Part shown: positions 51,834 through 64,000 of the stretch, in pieces
Layout: each line of letters begins with the position of its first letter
Numbering within the stretch: the stretch's first letter is position 1
Assembly (NCBI GenBank): GCA_020137815.1
Contig: CM035354.1
Location: 1,364,001-1,428,000 of the forward strand
From: Hormiphora californensis
Taxonomy: Eukaryota > Animalia > Ctenophora
DNA length: 64,000 nt
Direction of reading: 5' to 3'
The notes under the pieces: model-generated
What the model saw: the letters and a program-made list of their open reading frames with translations, nothing else
Told to the model about the DNA's origin: nothing
The model's database searches: none
Translations under genes and position numbers: made by a program

Positions 51834-53172
51834 ACAGCTGTGTATGCATTGATAATCGCTGTGTATGCCCTGCCTGTCTGCTTGTATTAGGGATGCCTCA
51901 CAAGTGCCTCAAACTATGTTGCCAAATAATTGCGTCCTAAAATCTGGCGACTATCAGAAAAACGGGAGAGCTATAAGCGAATGATATGGGCTATATTATG
52001 ATAAAGCAAATGTAAATTCCGTTCTGGGTCCATGGTAAAATATCATGGGGGGTCGTGGTAGGGCGAAGAAAGCAAAAAAGCAAGTGATAGCAAGGCCCTT
52101 AATTAGATTTACGAAAATGTGAGCTCTTTCAGTGTTCTGTTATAGAGCTTAATTAGGAAAGGAACTTTATCGCGCTTTGAGGTGTGTCGGTGTGTGTCGG
52201 GGGGGGGGGGGGGTTCCTTGTAATTCTATTACACACTCTGCACCCCTCTCAGCTTCTAGCTCTATGTTTGTTTAACACACAGCATTTTAAATCATGACAG
52301 TGCCCTCTGTTCGGCATGAATCAACTGTATGCGTCTTCTGCTACTACCTAGTAAGGGGCTCCCGTCCTATCCTATGATGCATGCCTCCCCGTTTAACCTG
52401 AACCATAGCAATACCCAATTCCTTCCTTATTAAAGCTTTGTTGCTGATGTTTTAGTTGCAGTATGGCCCTCCAAAGACTCACTGCCTCTATGTTCCGCGG
52501 GGCAAGGTCCGTTGCCACTGTTGGTGCTGTATCTGAGGGAGTGTTTGGTGCTGTATCCCTGGAGCCTGAGGGTGTGTTTGATGGAGAGAGGCTGGTCCTG
52601 CATCACGAGTCTCGCTATCTCTGCAGGTGAGTGTGATAGTATAGGATGGGTGGGGGTGGGCCCCTGGGTTGTGGGTAGTGAGTGATATAGACCCGGCCAC
52701 TATGAGTGAGTGATGGTATATTGGGGAAGCTAGGACCCTATTTGGCCACATTGATGCCTGAGTGAGATCGAGGTCGCGCAGCGACCGAGATCGATCTCAC
52801 ATCTATTCTTCGCGGAGCGAGAATAGGTTGCAATGGAGCCAAGGACCCTATAATTTATAGGGCCTATATAGCTATAGTATAATATGGCTATAGTATTACT
52901 ATTACATACAAATAACACAAAAAATTCAACTTTTCTGATTCAGAATATTGATATTATCTTCATCGAGTATGTACTAAATTAATTCATTAGTACATGATAC
53001 TAACATTTTTACATAAAAACACGTCATTTGAAATACAAATACAAATACAAATACTTATAAATTGTTTTGTTTTTATTCCATTTCTGCTGTTTTTTAATAA
53101 AAGAAATTGTAATAGGTAGTTTGGAAGATCTAGTAGGCCGCACAATTTTGACCGCCAATTTTGATGGTTACA

Positions 53173-53664
53173 TTAATTCATCTGCTGTACGATCGTTGCT
53201 TGTTGAGTTCCATCCTCCGCATTTACGTATACCACCGATTGATTTGATGCACCGCCCGCTCTATTCATATCATGGGCCATTTTCACATTGACAGATAGCA
53301 GTACCACTACTGCAACAAGGATGGTAAACAGGACCAGGTAAAACAACCAGTCAACTTCAACGGATTCAACCGATATTATAAGTGGGAGAAGGATGACAAT
53401 GGGCGTGAGAAGCTGCAGAACGGCTGCCACGAGAGCAATAATTGACATGATGAGTTGACCCTGAGGAGATAATTTCATGCACTGCACGACAATCATTGCA
53501 ATACAGAGTCCACCAGTTATCAGCGGGAGAAGAGCATAGAAAAAAAGTAGAAGTATACCATAAATGGTCAAGATACTATAAATGGCCATGGCCCCTACCA
53601 GAATCACCTCTATTCCAAGTGAAACTGAACAAAGTGTTATCCCCACTTTCCTCTTCGTCTCCAT
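53173..53664 (-). CDS. Uncharacterised 4-transmembrane protein, single exon
   Basis: 163-aa ORF with four long hydrophobic segments and a polar tail. Good start context TTTAG|GCCATGG; AT-rich 3' flank. Confidence 0.75.
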   Translation of the reverse strand: METKRKVGITLCSVSLGIEVILVGAMAIYSILTIYGILLLFFYALLPLITGGLCIAMIVVQCMKLSPQGQLIMSIIALVAAVLQLLTPIVILLPLIISVESVEVDWLFYLVLFTILVAVVVLLSVNVKMAHDMNRAGGASNQSVVYVNAEDGTQQATIVQQMN

Positions 53665-54293
53665 GGCCTAAATAGTTGAGTAATGGTAATTAGACACATT
53701 TTGTAGGGGGTCATTAACAGTAGAGCTGGTAGCGGAGAAACGGTTTTCAAGAATGGTGCGCTTTTGAACCGTTTTGGGGGGGGTTCCAACCTATTTTTTG
53801 TATGTTTGTACGGAAAAAAACAGGTTTTTCCTCAAACAAAAAAATACAAAAAAATACAAAAAAAATACAAAAAAATACAAAAAAATACAAAAAAATAAAA
53901 TCAGTTTTTAATGGTAATTTACCATTATTGTTCGAACTTTTACTGTTTATACATTCTTCCACGCTATTTCACGCAATTTAGCACAAAATAAATATGTATA
54001 GGGCTGTCATGGTCAGGCCAATGCTCTGCCAGATATAGGGCCTATAACTGTTCATATAATAATAATAAAAAATAATAATAAAGTCTACCGATTTAAGATC
54101 TACCGAGAAAATTAACCCATAAAATATTACTAGGTATTTAAAATTTCCCGAGATAAAGTTAGACTTGATCTTGAATATTCTTGGGTCAATATTTCTTGGG
54201 TCTTGGGTCTAGGGTCTAGGGACATGTCAATTGTGATTGTAACTTTTTCTTATCTTCGTGGGACGTTTAATTAGGTGACATGACCACCTACTA

Positions 54294-55154
54294 CAGTCGG
54301 ACCCCGATTTAACGGCACCCTCGGGGGAAAGGGTTTTGTCCGTTAAATCGGGGTGTCCGTTAAATCGGGGTAGAGCATATTTGGCCCCTAAAACCCTATT
54401 TTTGTCCAAAATGCTATACTAAAACACCTCTAAGCTGTTAAATGCAATGTCTATGTATTGATTACATGATCATTTCTGATTAGAAAAAGAAAGTAGTTTC
54501 AAAATAATTTCAAAATAAGTTAAAAAAACTTTCTAAGGTACTACCAATATCAACCACGTCCGAATCGTTTATCGAATCAATGCATCTCATCGCATGTCTT
54601 GCTGCTAATTAGACGAACCGATACTTGATACCATGCCGAATCGGGGCACTTTAAGCGGGGTGAGGAAGAATTTGAATTTCAAAAAATATTTTTCTCTGAA
54701 AATTCATGGAGAGCACCGATCAAAGCATTGACAATCATTCTGTAAAATTTTGCAAAAAAAAGTCATGAAAATTTTTCAAAGGTAACTCAACCACGTCCGA
54801 ATCGTGTTTCGAATCAATGCATCTTATCGCACGTCCTGTCGCTAATTAGACGGTTCGAAACGAACCGATACGTGATCCCCATGAGGCCAGTTTAACAAGC
54901 GTCAAAATTGCGATTCGATGGGCCTCATGGGGATCACATATCTGTTCGTTTCGAAACGTCTAATTACCGGCAAGACATGCAATAAGATGCACCGATTCGA
55001 AACACGATTCGGACGTGGTTTTTCAACAACAAAAAATTCAAAAAAATTCAAAAAAAAATTCAAAAAAAAAGTTCAAAAAATTTTGGGAGAAATTTATCCT
55101 GCCGTTAAATCGGGGTGCCGCTAAATCGGGGGCCGTTAAATCGGGGTCCGACTG
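54294..55154. mobile_element. Tc1/pogo-type MITE
   Basis: TA|CAGTCGGACCCCGATTTAACGGC ... GCCGTTAAATCGGGGTCCGACTG|TA with repeated subterminal CCGTTAAATCGGGG. Confidence 0.88.
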
Positions 55155-55399
55155 TACCTAGTGAGTAGTGAGTGATATATCTTGGTCAGGATTGAACAGT
55201 TTGCAATGCAGTATACCGTATTATTATAGGGTATATTAAACTGCAGTTTAATATACCCTATAATAATAGGAGGGGTTGCCAAGTGGTTTAAAATATGCGT
55301 CGTGCATGATCTAAAAGGTTTATCAGCTACATATATCATGCATATATCATGTCAAAGCTATCATATATCCTCCGCCTCACTCGGACTCTGATGTATATT

Positions 55400-58300
55400 T
55401 ATATTTGAACTCTAAAATTTAACCTCCTACAGATATGCAGGACGTTCTATCCCCCTGTCTAACCCCCATACCTAATATACAAGTTGCTTGTTAAGACAAC
55501 TTAGACATCTAACGTGGTTGTAAGGCACATCAGTCGATCTCTGGGTATTTTAATACAGCAAGACTCTACCCTAAAGAGAGCTTTGGTTTAGAATTTACTT
55601 GAACCAACTTTCTTATGAGCTAACCTAGTTAACCTGCCCACTGGTTCCCAACAATTACACTCAGATTGAAGCACTTAAAACGCCTTTGCAAATCATAGCC
55701 GTCCATCTAAATCAAGATTAAGTAACTGTATAGAATCTTATTCTCTTATTCGACAGTGTTAATTCCAGTGTATCTCCCCTATATATATGTTTTCTGGCTC
55801 GCTTTGAACAAAGTTTACCAAGCCATCCTCCCGTCCGCAAATGGTCTTCCCACTAATCAACTTCCCAACCCATCGTCAGTGCCAATTTTATCTTGGCATG
55901 GATTGTGTACACCCCGTTATTCGTGCCATGTTAAAAGCGATCCTAATCCTGCTACTTCCTTGCCCATGCACAAGCTCTACTAACCACTCACACATTTATC
56001 TAATGTTGCCAACTGACTGTCGATCATGATCTGAGAAATACGTGCCATCTATTGCATAGCTCTCCACTCTGGCTCTACCTCCTCGGGAGCTCTTTCTCAC
56101 TCTGCTCTACCCCTCAGGAGCTCTTTCTCACTCTGGCTCTACCTCCTCGGGAGCTCTATCTCACTCTGGCTTCTACCTCCTCGGGAGCTCTTTCTCACTC
56201 TGGCTCACCTCCTCGGAGCTCTATCTCTCTCTGGCTCTACCTCCTCGGGAGCTCTTTCTCTCTCGCTCGTGTCACTCAAATCTATATCTCTGTATTTTCT
56301 GTCAACATTAAATTGGAGCTTGCCAGCTCATGCAGGTTAGCCACCTACTTTAATTATTAGCTCATTAGTTAAGCTGTAAACCCAAGAACATGTTGAATTA
56401 AGTGTATGGAATTATAATTATTCACTAATTGTCAACCCAAAGAGACTTATTTTCCTAATTGTATCCTGAATATTATCAATAATTTGATGAAAACCCTATG
56501 TATAAAAGCGTTCCTCCACATTTTGATCCATTTGTAAATGTGGCCTTTGTCGCTATGACAGTCAGACAGACTGTCAAATCAAGACAAACTATAAGCATGC
56601 TCCTCCTATGCAGAATATAACCTGTTTCAATGAGATCCTTTTCTAGCCTAGCTTATTAGTCAATAGGCCAATTAAGTTGCGCTGTAAACATCTGTTACCC
56701 CATTTCGTTCTATTCGAAGCTGACTAATGTTTCCCTACAAAATTATCGAGAACTGTATACCCGTGTGGTGTTACCGTAAATAACAACAAAATAAATAAAC
56801 TAATTTATATTAAGTAATCCACCCTGGGCGATCCTAGCTCTATATAATTTTCACAATAAAAAAAACTTATTTTTATTCCAACCAAAAGTTCTTTCAAAAT
56901 AAGCCTAGCATTTCCAAAATACAGCAGCAAGGGACATTATAAGATCCAACTCTTCCGCGACTGTCTCATTTACAAATAAACTGAAGAAGACTTCAAAAGT
57001 TCTTTTAAAATCAGTATGATTCTAAATACCCAGAACGTTGAGCAGTCCAAATTGTTTCCATCCTACTCACATGACATATTCTCTAACTCGTCTCTTGATG
57101 ACCCAATTCGGTTTTCCAGACAGATATGCAAAACTCAACCTCTACAGCTGCACTAGCACTCAGAGTAGGAAAATAAATTGTGGTGGAGCTAAGGGCTAGT
57201 GTAACAACATTCGTCTTATGCGACTCGTACAATTAGACTGCCCGTCGAGTAGTCCTTTCCAATTCCAACCCAACCGTGACCATGCAAGACCCCAATGCAC
57301 GTCGAATTCAGCCTCTATGATAAAAATACTTGTGCCCTACACCCAAGCTAGGCTGAACTCCACCCTTCTATTGGTTCAATTTGTAAACCCCTACCGCCCG
57401 AATTCCGTATATTCGTCATTTGATAACCCATACTGGAAATTTAGAGTTCACAAACTCGAAATCGGCCCTTTCCATAAAGCCCTCAATATGCAACAGATTT
57501 TCGATTGTATACACATGCAGAACCCCACATGCCCGGCCCCCATCTCTTGAGCCCCTGTGCAACTACTCGTACGTGCAAATAGTGTCCCGACTACCACATA
57601 ATCAAAAATGAAATACAATTTATTGAAACATGATTCTCCCCCTGAATGATAGAGTGAATAGACAGCCTACAAAACCTGCCGATTGATCCTAAAAACGTAG
57701 CTTCTTATTAAACTGTCTAGTAACATAAACTGCATGCTGTATTCTTACCGAGAACTGCGCATCATACCCGCATAAAATGTCTGTTCCAAGTTGAAGAATG
57801 TCCCTCCCTCTAATCAGCTTATCAACAGTTCCACATATAACAGCAATGCACCTCCCACTCCCACAGTCCCACTTGGTATCCTCCAGTATCCGAGACCACA
57901 TCCAACTCGTATCACCGTGCGATCTCTCCTCCATCCTGCACCTCTACATGAACATCTTCTTATCCTGTAGCATACAATGCAGCTCCTTCAGAACGCCTCC
58001 GTCAGAACGCCTTCTTTTGAACACTTCTATCAGAACACACATATAGGTTCCCAAATAAATCTCTGAAAATATTAGCGCATTCCTGTAAATTAGGTTACTA
58101 CTACCTCAGAGAATGATCCTTCCTCTGCACATAATTCAGAGAAGAAAGATGAATTCCTCAGACGATCCAGGAAATGTGGCGCTGTCGACCTTGGCCATTT
58201 CCTCCGTGTGATCCCTCCACTCCCTCCAATAACATCCAAAATACAAGCAGTTCGCGAGCCCAAAGTTCATGACCTGAAAGGAACCTCACCTCCCCTGGTT

Positions 58301-60630
58301 GTTAGTTATGCTCCTTACTCTAATAGACTCATACAACCACAAATAAGGCGAAACATATTGCCATGCCGCTGACCTGTGAACGCGACCAAACTTGAATAAG
58401 TAAGTGAAAATAACTTCGAACTAAGCAGGCACCCCAAGCCCACCACAAAGATGCCAAAATTCCCACAAACTATGACCACCCACAAATACAATTCCCACAC
58501 AAGCCTGCCATTTCGATATGTTGATCACTGCCTCACACACAATTGTGGTAACACTAACCTCAATGAGTTTTAATTTTGGAGTGAGGTTAGTTATTATCTC
58601 TCCAATATCACCAGAACCCCCCATGGTTCGTAAACTGTGATTTCATATGATGTGATGAATACAGTGTATTTTTTCTATAGAAATGGACGGTTTAATTTTC
58701 GTTTATTCCCGTTTGCAATTATAGCCGTCACATAAACAAAACTTGCAAATACACGCATACCGCGTCAAACCCACCAAATTGCCAAATAAAGGACTAGTAG
58801 GGAATTATAAAAAGCTAAGCATGCCACGATAGCTAGGCCATAACATATTAATAGTCCAATTTTCACAGCCATTTAATTTCCCATTCTGTCAAGGTACATT
58901 AAATTGCTCCCTATCATATTTTATGAATGATTGAGTGAATACGCTACACCTTTGTGTGCATATATCAAGTGGGAATTTTACCTCTATTTTTTAACCATGA
59001 CTAAAACACGTCATATTAGCTCAATAAACAAGCGTGAATAATATTTACTAACAAGCACCCATATTATACTTACATTTTCAATAAACAAGCCACCCACTCT
59101 CCGTACAAACAATGTTAATAGATTGTTCACCCAAAATGCAATACAAATTGTATCACGTTCGTCGTGTAAAATATCACAAAATAATTGCCACGTCATAATT
59201 ATCGCAACCTGGGCAAAATCAAAACTCCACGAATCATTCAAACTTGTCCGTTATATACAGCTCTACTCAGCTCTACTCAGCTCTTGCATCTCTTTTGATA
59301 TACACCTTCTCACTAATTAGCTGTATCCTGGTAGCTCTATAAATGTCCCAAGGCACTATGCTGAGCGTTATTTTCATCTACTATCACCAAAGTTACGAGG
59401 CCTGCTCTATGTACTGTGTCTCCAGTAAAATACTTTCAATATGCTCTTAATTTTCGACCATCCCTGACTTCTGATCAATCATCTGGTTCGTCGGTACCAA
59501 ATTGTAAGTGGTAAAGCTCAGCCCGGACTGTCAAAAAGCCATTCTATGTGCAACCTGTTCCTCAGTGATGCAACATGCACTCACTCACCTACGGAGCGAA
59601 GAGACTACTTATCTTGCTCCAATCACAATCTAATGAAAGGGATGGGAAATGAATAGACGAATTTATAACCGTTTATCCGAGTCAAATAGAAACTCAAAGC
59701 TCATGGTGCAAAGGCGGGAATACCAGCCCTAAATGGTAATCATCAATCATCACACATAAAAGTCACACACTTTGCACCCATGTTAGATACAGCTATGCGC
59801 TCACGCCTCACTCATAGCACTCATAGTTATAAAGATCCACTCGTCATAATCTCTTCTCAATCTCTCCTATACCACGTTAGCACCCGTCAACCTCCAGCAC
59901 TGTAGCTGGTAGCATGTAGAATAAAGCAACTATAATGCTCGAGTGATTCATCTCGCCTAGTTAAAGTCCCAGGGTGAGTCGTGCCCAACACAACTCAATC
60001 CTGGTCAATAGTAAGGCATGTTCCAAGTGAACCGATAAGTAAGCTGAAGAGGAAAGTTCCCTAAACTTAGGCACGAGTATTAGTACTCTCAGTGTGGGCC
60101 CTTCAACACTGCGATAAGACCGTATGTTTCTACAAGCTGATATAAGGTCCAGTTCCAGTCTCATAAAACAGAGACCTCACGTGACTGACCCCAACCTCGC
60201 CCAGGAACCCTGTCTAAATACCCATTTTTCTAGATATCACGTGATGCTCTAACTAATTAGCCTGGTCCGGATACAATTAACCTCATCCCCGCGAAGACTT
60301 GCTTGCGCCCTCCCACGTGACCGGTGTTTCCGAGCTCATCAAAAGCTCAAGCTTGTCCTTACCATAGTATTCCCTATTATAGCTAGATTAACCCAGTCCG
60401 CCCACCAGTCATTTTACTGCAAGCATTTGCTGCAAAGCATTCCTTGCTTATTGAGTTAGTTAAATCCCTCCACTTTCGCACTATTTCCTAAGCCATTAAC
60501 CTGGGTGCCTACGTGGTCCTGCCCCGACTCACTCTCTCACTCTAGAAAACACTCTCACACATCACTCACACATAATCACAATTCACACATATTCACAACC
60601 GGGGTCTTAGAGTACAATTTACCACTCTAC
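55400..60630 (-). mobile_element. Heavily degenerate (or error-rich) Ty3/Gypsy-like LTR retrotransposon
   Basis: Only motif ghosts in pol order on the minus strand: DTG (~57885), AQLN (~56675), HAY (~56595), FGLT (~56435), and NLHEL in place of YLDDL (~56330). No long ORF; boundaries uncertain. Confidence 0.45.
56058..56263. repeat. ~33-bp tandem repeat (CTCACTCTGGCTCTACCTCCTCGGGAGCTCTTT), about 6 copies
   Basis: Direct inspection. Confidence 0.9.
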
Positions 60631-63600
60631 ACAGTGAGACAGGGGTGGGGGGTTAGACAGGGGGTTAGAACAATTCCTGCATCAGTGAGACAGGGGTGGG
60701 GGGTTAGACAGGGGGTTAGAACGTCCTGTCATCAGTGAGACAGGGTGGGGGGTAGACAGGGGGTTAGAACAATTCCTGCATCAGTGAGACAGGGTGGGGG
60801 GGGATTAGACAGGGGGTTAGACAATTCCTGCATCAGTGAGACAGGGTGGGGGGTTAGACAGGGGTGTTAGAACAATTCCTGCATCAGTGAGACAGGGGTG
60901 GGGATGGTTAGACAGGGGGTTAGAAGTCCTGCATCAGTGAGAACAGGGGTGGGGGTTAGACAGGGGGTTAGAACAATTCCTGCATCAGTGAGACAGGGGG
61001 GGGGATTAGACAGGGGGTTAGAACAAGTCCTGCATCAGTGAGACAAGGGGGTGGGGGGTTAGACAGGGGGTTAGAACGTCCTGCATCAGTCAGACAGGGG
61101 TGGGGGGTAGGGCAAGGGGGTTAGAACGTCCTGCATCAGTGAGACAGGGGTGGGGGGTTAGACAGGGGCCGTTAGAACGTCCTGCATCAGTGAGACAGGG
61201 GTGGGGGGTTAGACAGGGGGTTAGAAACAATTCCTGCATCAGTGAGACAGGGGGGGGGATTAGACAGGGGGTTAGAACGTCCTGCATCAGTGAGACAGGG
61301 GTGGGGGGTTAGACAGGGGGTTAGAACAATTCCTGCATCAGTGAGACAGGGGTGGGGGTTAGACAGGGGGTTTAGAACAATTCCTGCATCATGAGACAGG
61401 GGGGGGGGTTAGACAGGGGTTAGAACGTCCTGCATCAGTGAGACAGGGTGGGGGTTTAGACAGGGGGTTAGAAACTCCTGCATCAGTGAGACAGGCGTGG
61501 GGGGGTAGGACAAGGGGGTTAGAACGTCCTGCATCGCAGGACAGGGGTGGGGGTTAGCAGGGGGTTAGAAGTCCTGCATCAGTGAGACAGGGTGGGGGGT
61601 TAGACAGGGGGTTAGAACATCTCCTGATCAGTGAGACAGGGGTGGGGGGTTAGCACAGGGGGTTAGAAAACGTCCTGCATCAGTGAGACAGGGGTGGGGG
61701 GTTTAGACAGGGGGTTAGAACGTCCTGCATCAGTGAGACAGGGGTGGGGGGTAGACAGGGGGTTAGAACAATTCCGCATCAGTGAGAAGGGGTGGGGGTT
61801 AGACAGGGGTTAGAAACGTCTGCATCAGTGAGACAGGGGTGGGGGGTTAGACAGGGGGTTAGAACGTCCTGCATCAGTCAGACAGGCGTGGGGGATGGTT
61901 AGACAGGGGGTTTAGATAACGTCCTGCATCAGTGAGACAGGGTGGGGGATAGACAGGGGGTTAGAACAATTCCTGCATCAGGAGACAGGGTGGGGGGTTA
62001 GACAGGGGGTTAGAACAATTCCTGCTCAGTAGACAGGGGTGGGGGGTTAGACAGGGGGTTAGAACAATTCCTGCATCAGGAGACAGGGGTGGGGGGTTAG
62101 ACAGGGGAGTTGAACTCGCTGCTCAGTCGACAGGGGGGGGGTAGACAGGGGTTAGAACGTCCTGCACATGAGACAGGGGTGGGGTTAGACAGGAGGGTTG
62201 AAACAATTCCTGCATCAGTGATACAGGGGGGGGGTAGACGGGGTTATTAAGCCTGCATCATGAGACAGGCGTGGGGATGGTTAGACAGGGGTTAGAACGT
62301 TGCATCAGGAGACAGGGGTGGGGGGTTAGACAGGGGAGAACGTCCTGCATCAGTGAGACAGGGTGGGGGGTAGAACATGGTTAGAACGTCCTGCATCAGT
62401 GAGACAGGGGTGGGGGGGTAGACAGGGGTTGAACAATTCTGCATCAGGAACAGGGGTGGGGGGTAGTGGTTGACCATGTATAAGGTCCAAATAAGGCACA
62501 GAACTTTCTGAATCAGCTTTTCAAGACGAATCCAACGCAACCGAATTAGCTCTCTATTCATCGGAAGTGCTGGGTCTGGAACCTTCATTTTTAGTCATTT
62601 TTTCGGTGCGCGGGCCGAATCAGAGGCCTTTATTTTGAAATCCAGGCCTCTGATGGCTCGCGCACCGAAAAATAGCAAAAATTGAGAACAAAAACGAAAA
62701 TGGCCAACCCCAGTCACTTCCCGAAGATAGAGTATCGTCTTGAATTCTAAAAGTAGAAAAGCTGTGCAATGGTTACCTTACCACTAGTGGGGTTAGACGG
62801 GGAGACGTCTCTCTGGACGGGGTTCGGGGGCAATTCTACAGTGACTGGGGGTCAAGGGTTGAACGTCATCAAGCGGGTGGGATTACGTTAGCAATCTGGA
62901 TATAGCGGTGCGGAGTAGGGTTGCGTCACTATGTAGACGGTGGGGGTTCGTAGTCTGATATAACAGGGGTGGCAGGGTGAACGTTCCACCTCAACGGGGG
63001 GGAGGAGGGTAACGTCTGCATCCCAGTGACGGGGTGTGGGTTAGACAGGCGTTAGTGAGCCTGATCAGTGAACAGGGTGTAACAGGGGACAATTGTCAGG
63101 GGGGATACAGGGGTTAGGACCTGCATCATGAGAGGGTGGGGGGTTAGACGGGGGTGTTAGAACTCCCTGCTCAGTAGACAGGCGTGGGGGGGATGGAAAG
63201 GGGGTTAGAACGTCCTGAGTCAGTGAGACAGGGGTGGGGTATGGCTTTAGACAGGGCGGTTAGAACAATTACTGGATCAGTGAGACAGGCGTGTGGGGAT
63301 GGTTAGACAGGGGTTGAACGTACCTGCATCCAGTGAAAGGACAGGGGTGGGGTTAGACAGGGGGTTAGAACGATCCTGCATACAGTGGAGACAGGGCGTG
63401 GGGGGTAGACGGGCAGGGGTTTAGAACTTCCTGCAGCATCAGTGACAGGGGAGGGTACAAGGGGGGAAGTCTGATCAGGCGACAGGGTGGGGGGTTAGAA
63501 GGCCGTAGAAGACCTGATCAGACGGGGGTGAACGGGTAGCTTCTGACATCAGGGGTGGTTGACGTTAACGTCATGATCAGAGACGAGGGGTGGGGGGGTT

Positions 63601-64000
63601 TAGACAGGGAGACGCCGCCAGGTCGACGTGGGGATGTAAGTAAACGTCCTGCATCATAGAGGTGGGTTGAGTGTAGAACACCTTACGAACGGTGGGGATG
63701 GTTGACAGTGTGACGTCCTGCGTAGACAGTGTGGGGTTTAGCAGGGTTAGAACGTCCTGCACATTAACAGGGTCCAGTTAAAGCCGCATCAGGAGTACGG
63801 TGGGGGGGGTTAGACAGGGGTTAGAACAATTCGCCAGGAGGGGTTGACAGGGTAGAAGGCCACATGGACGGGTGGGGGGTTAGACAGGGGGTTAGAACGT
63901 CCCTTGCATCAGAGCAGGGGTGGGGGGGTTAGAACAGGGGGTTAGGAACAATTCCTGCATCAGTCGAGACAGGGGTGGGGGGTGTAGGACAGGGGGTTAG
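60631..64000. repeat. G-rich ~52-55-bp satellite (CCTGCATCAGTGAGACAGGGGTGGGGGGTTAGACAGGGGGTTAGAAC + AATT or GT)
   Basis: Dozens of copies running to the window end and becoming progressively noisier. Interrupted at ~62463-62787. Confidence 0.95.
62463..62787. mobile_element. MITE-like insertion inside the satellite
   Basis: Central inverted repeat TTTTTCGGTGCGCG..TCAGAGGCCT / AGGCCTCTGA..CGCGCACCGAAAAA and weakly inverted ends. Confidence 0.5.

Noticed and set aside
52430-52751. Possible exon with acceptor at ~52621
   Set aside because: No recognisable product and no linked exons could be supported.

Overview
Intron-rich animal genomic DNA. A ctenophore-like, non-bilaterian origin is an inference from short GT-AG introns, divergent proteins and AG acceptors just before start codons. 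By walking splice sites by hand I reconstructed nine genes: STK33-like kinase, RPA2, eIF2D, STARD3/MLN64, a secreted Ig + C-type lectin, a MIC13/QIL1-like ORF, two convergent SLC25A20-like carriers and an orphan 4-TM protein. Mobile DNA includes a CR1/L2-type LINE, a head-to-tail Helitron-like trimer, hAT-like remnants, many palindromic MITEs, a tRNA-derived palindrome, a decayed or noisy Gypsy-like region and a terminal G-rich satellite. The most striking signal is that exon edges are repeatedly tandem-duplicated into the neighbouring intron. In six genes, 2-9 copies of branch point + acceptor + exon start, exon end + donor, or exon end + stop codon lie next to the real junction. The exon-derived parts of these apparently non-coding copies differ from the real exon mostly at synonymous codon positions, which neutral decay would not produce. 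All exon calls are manual and have no transcript support.
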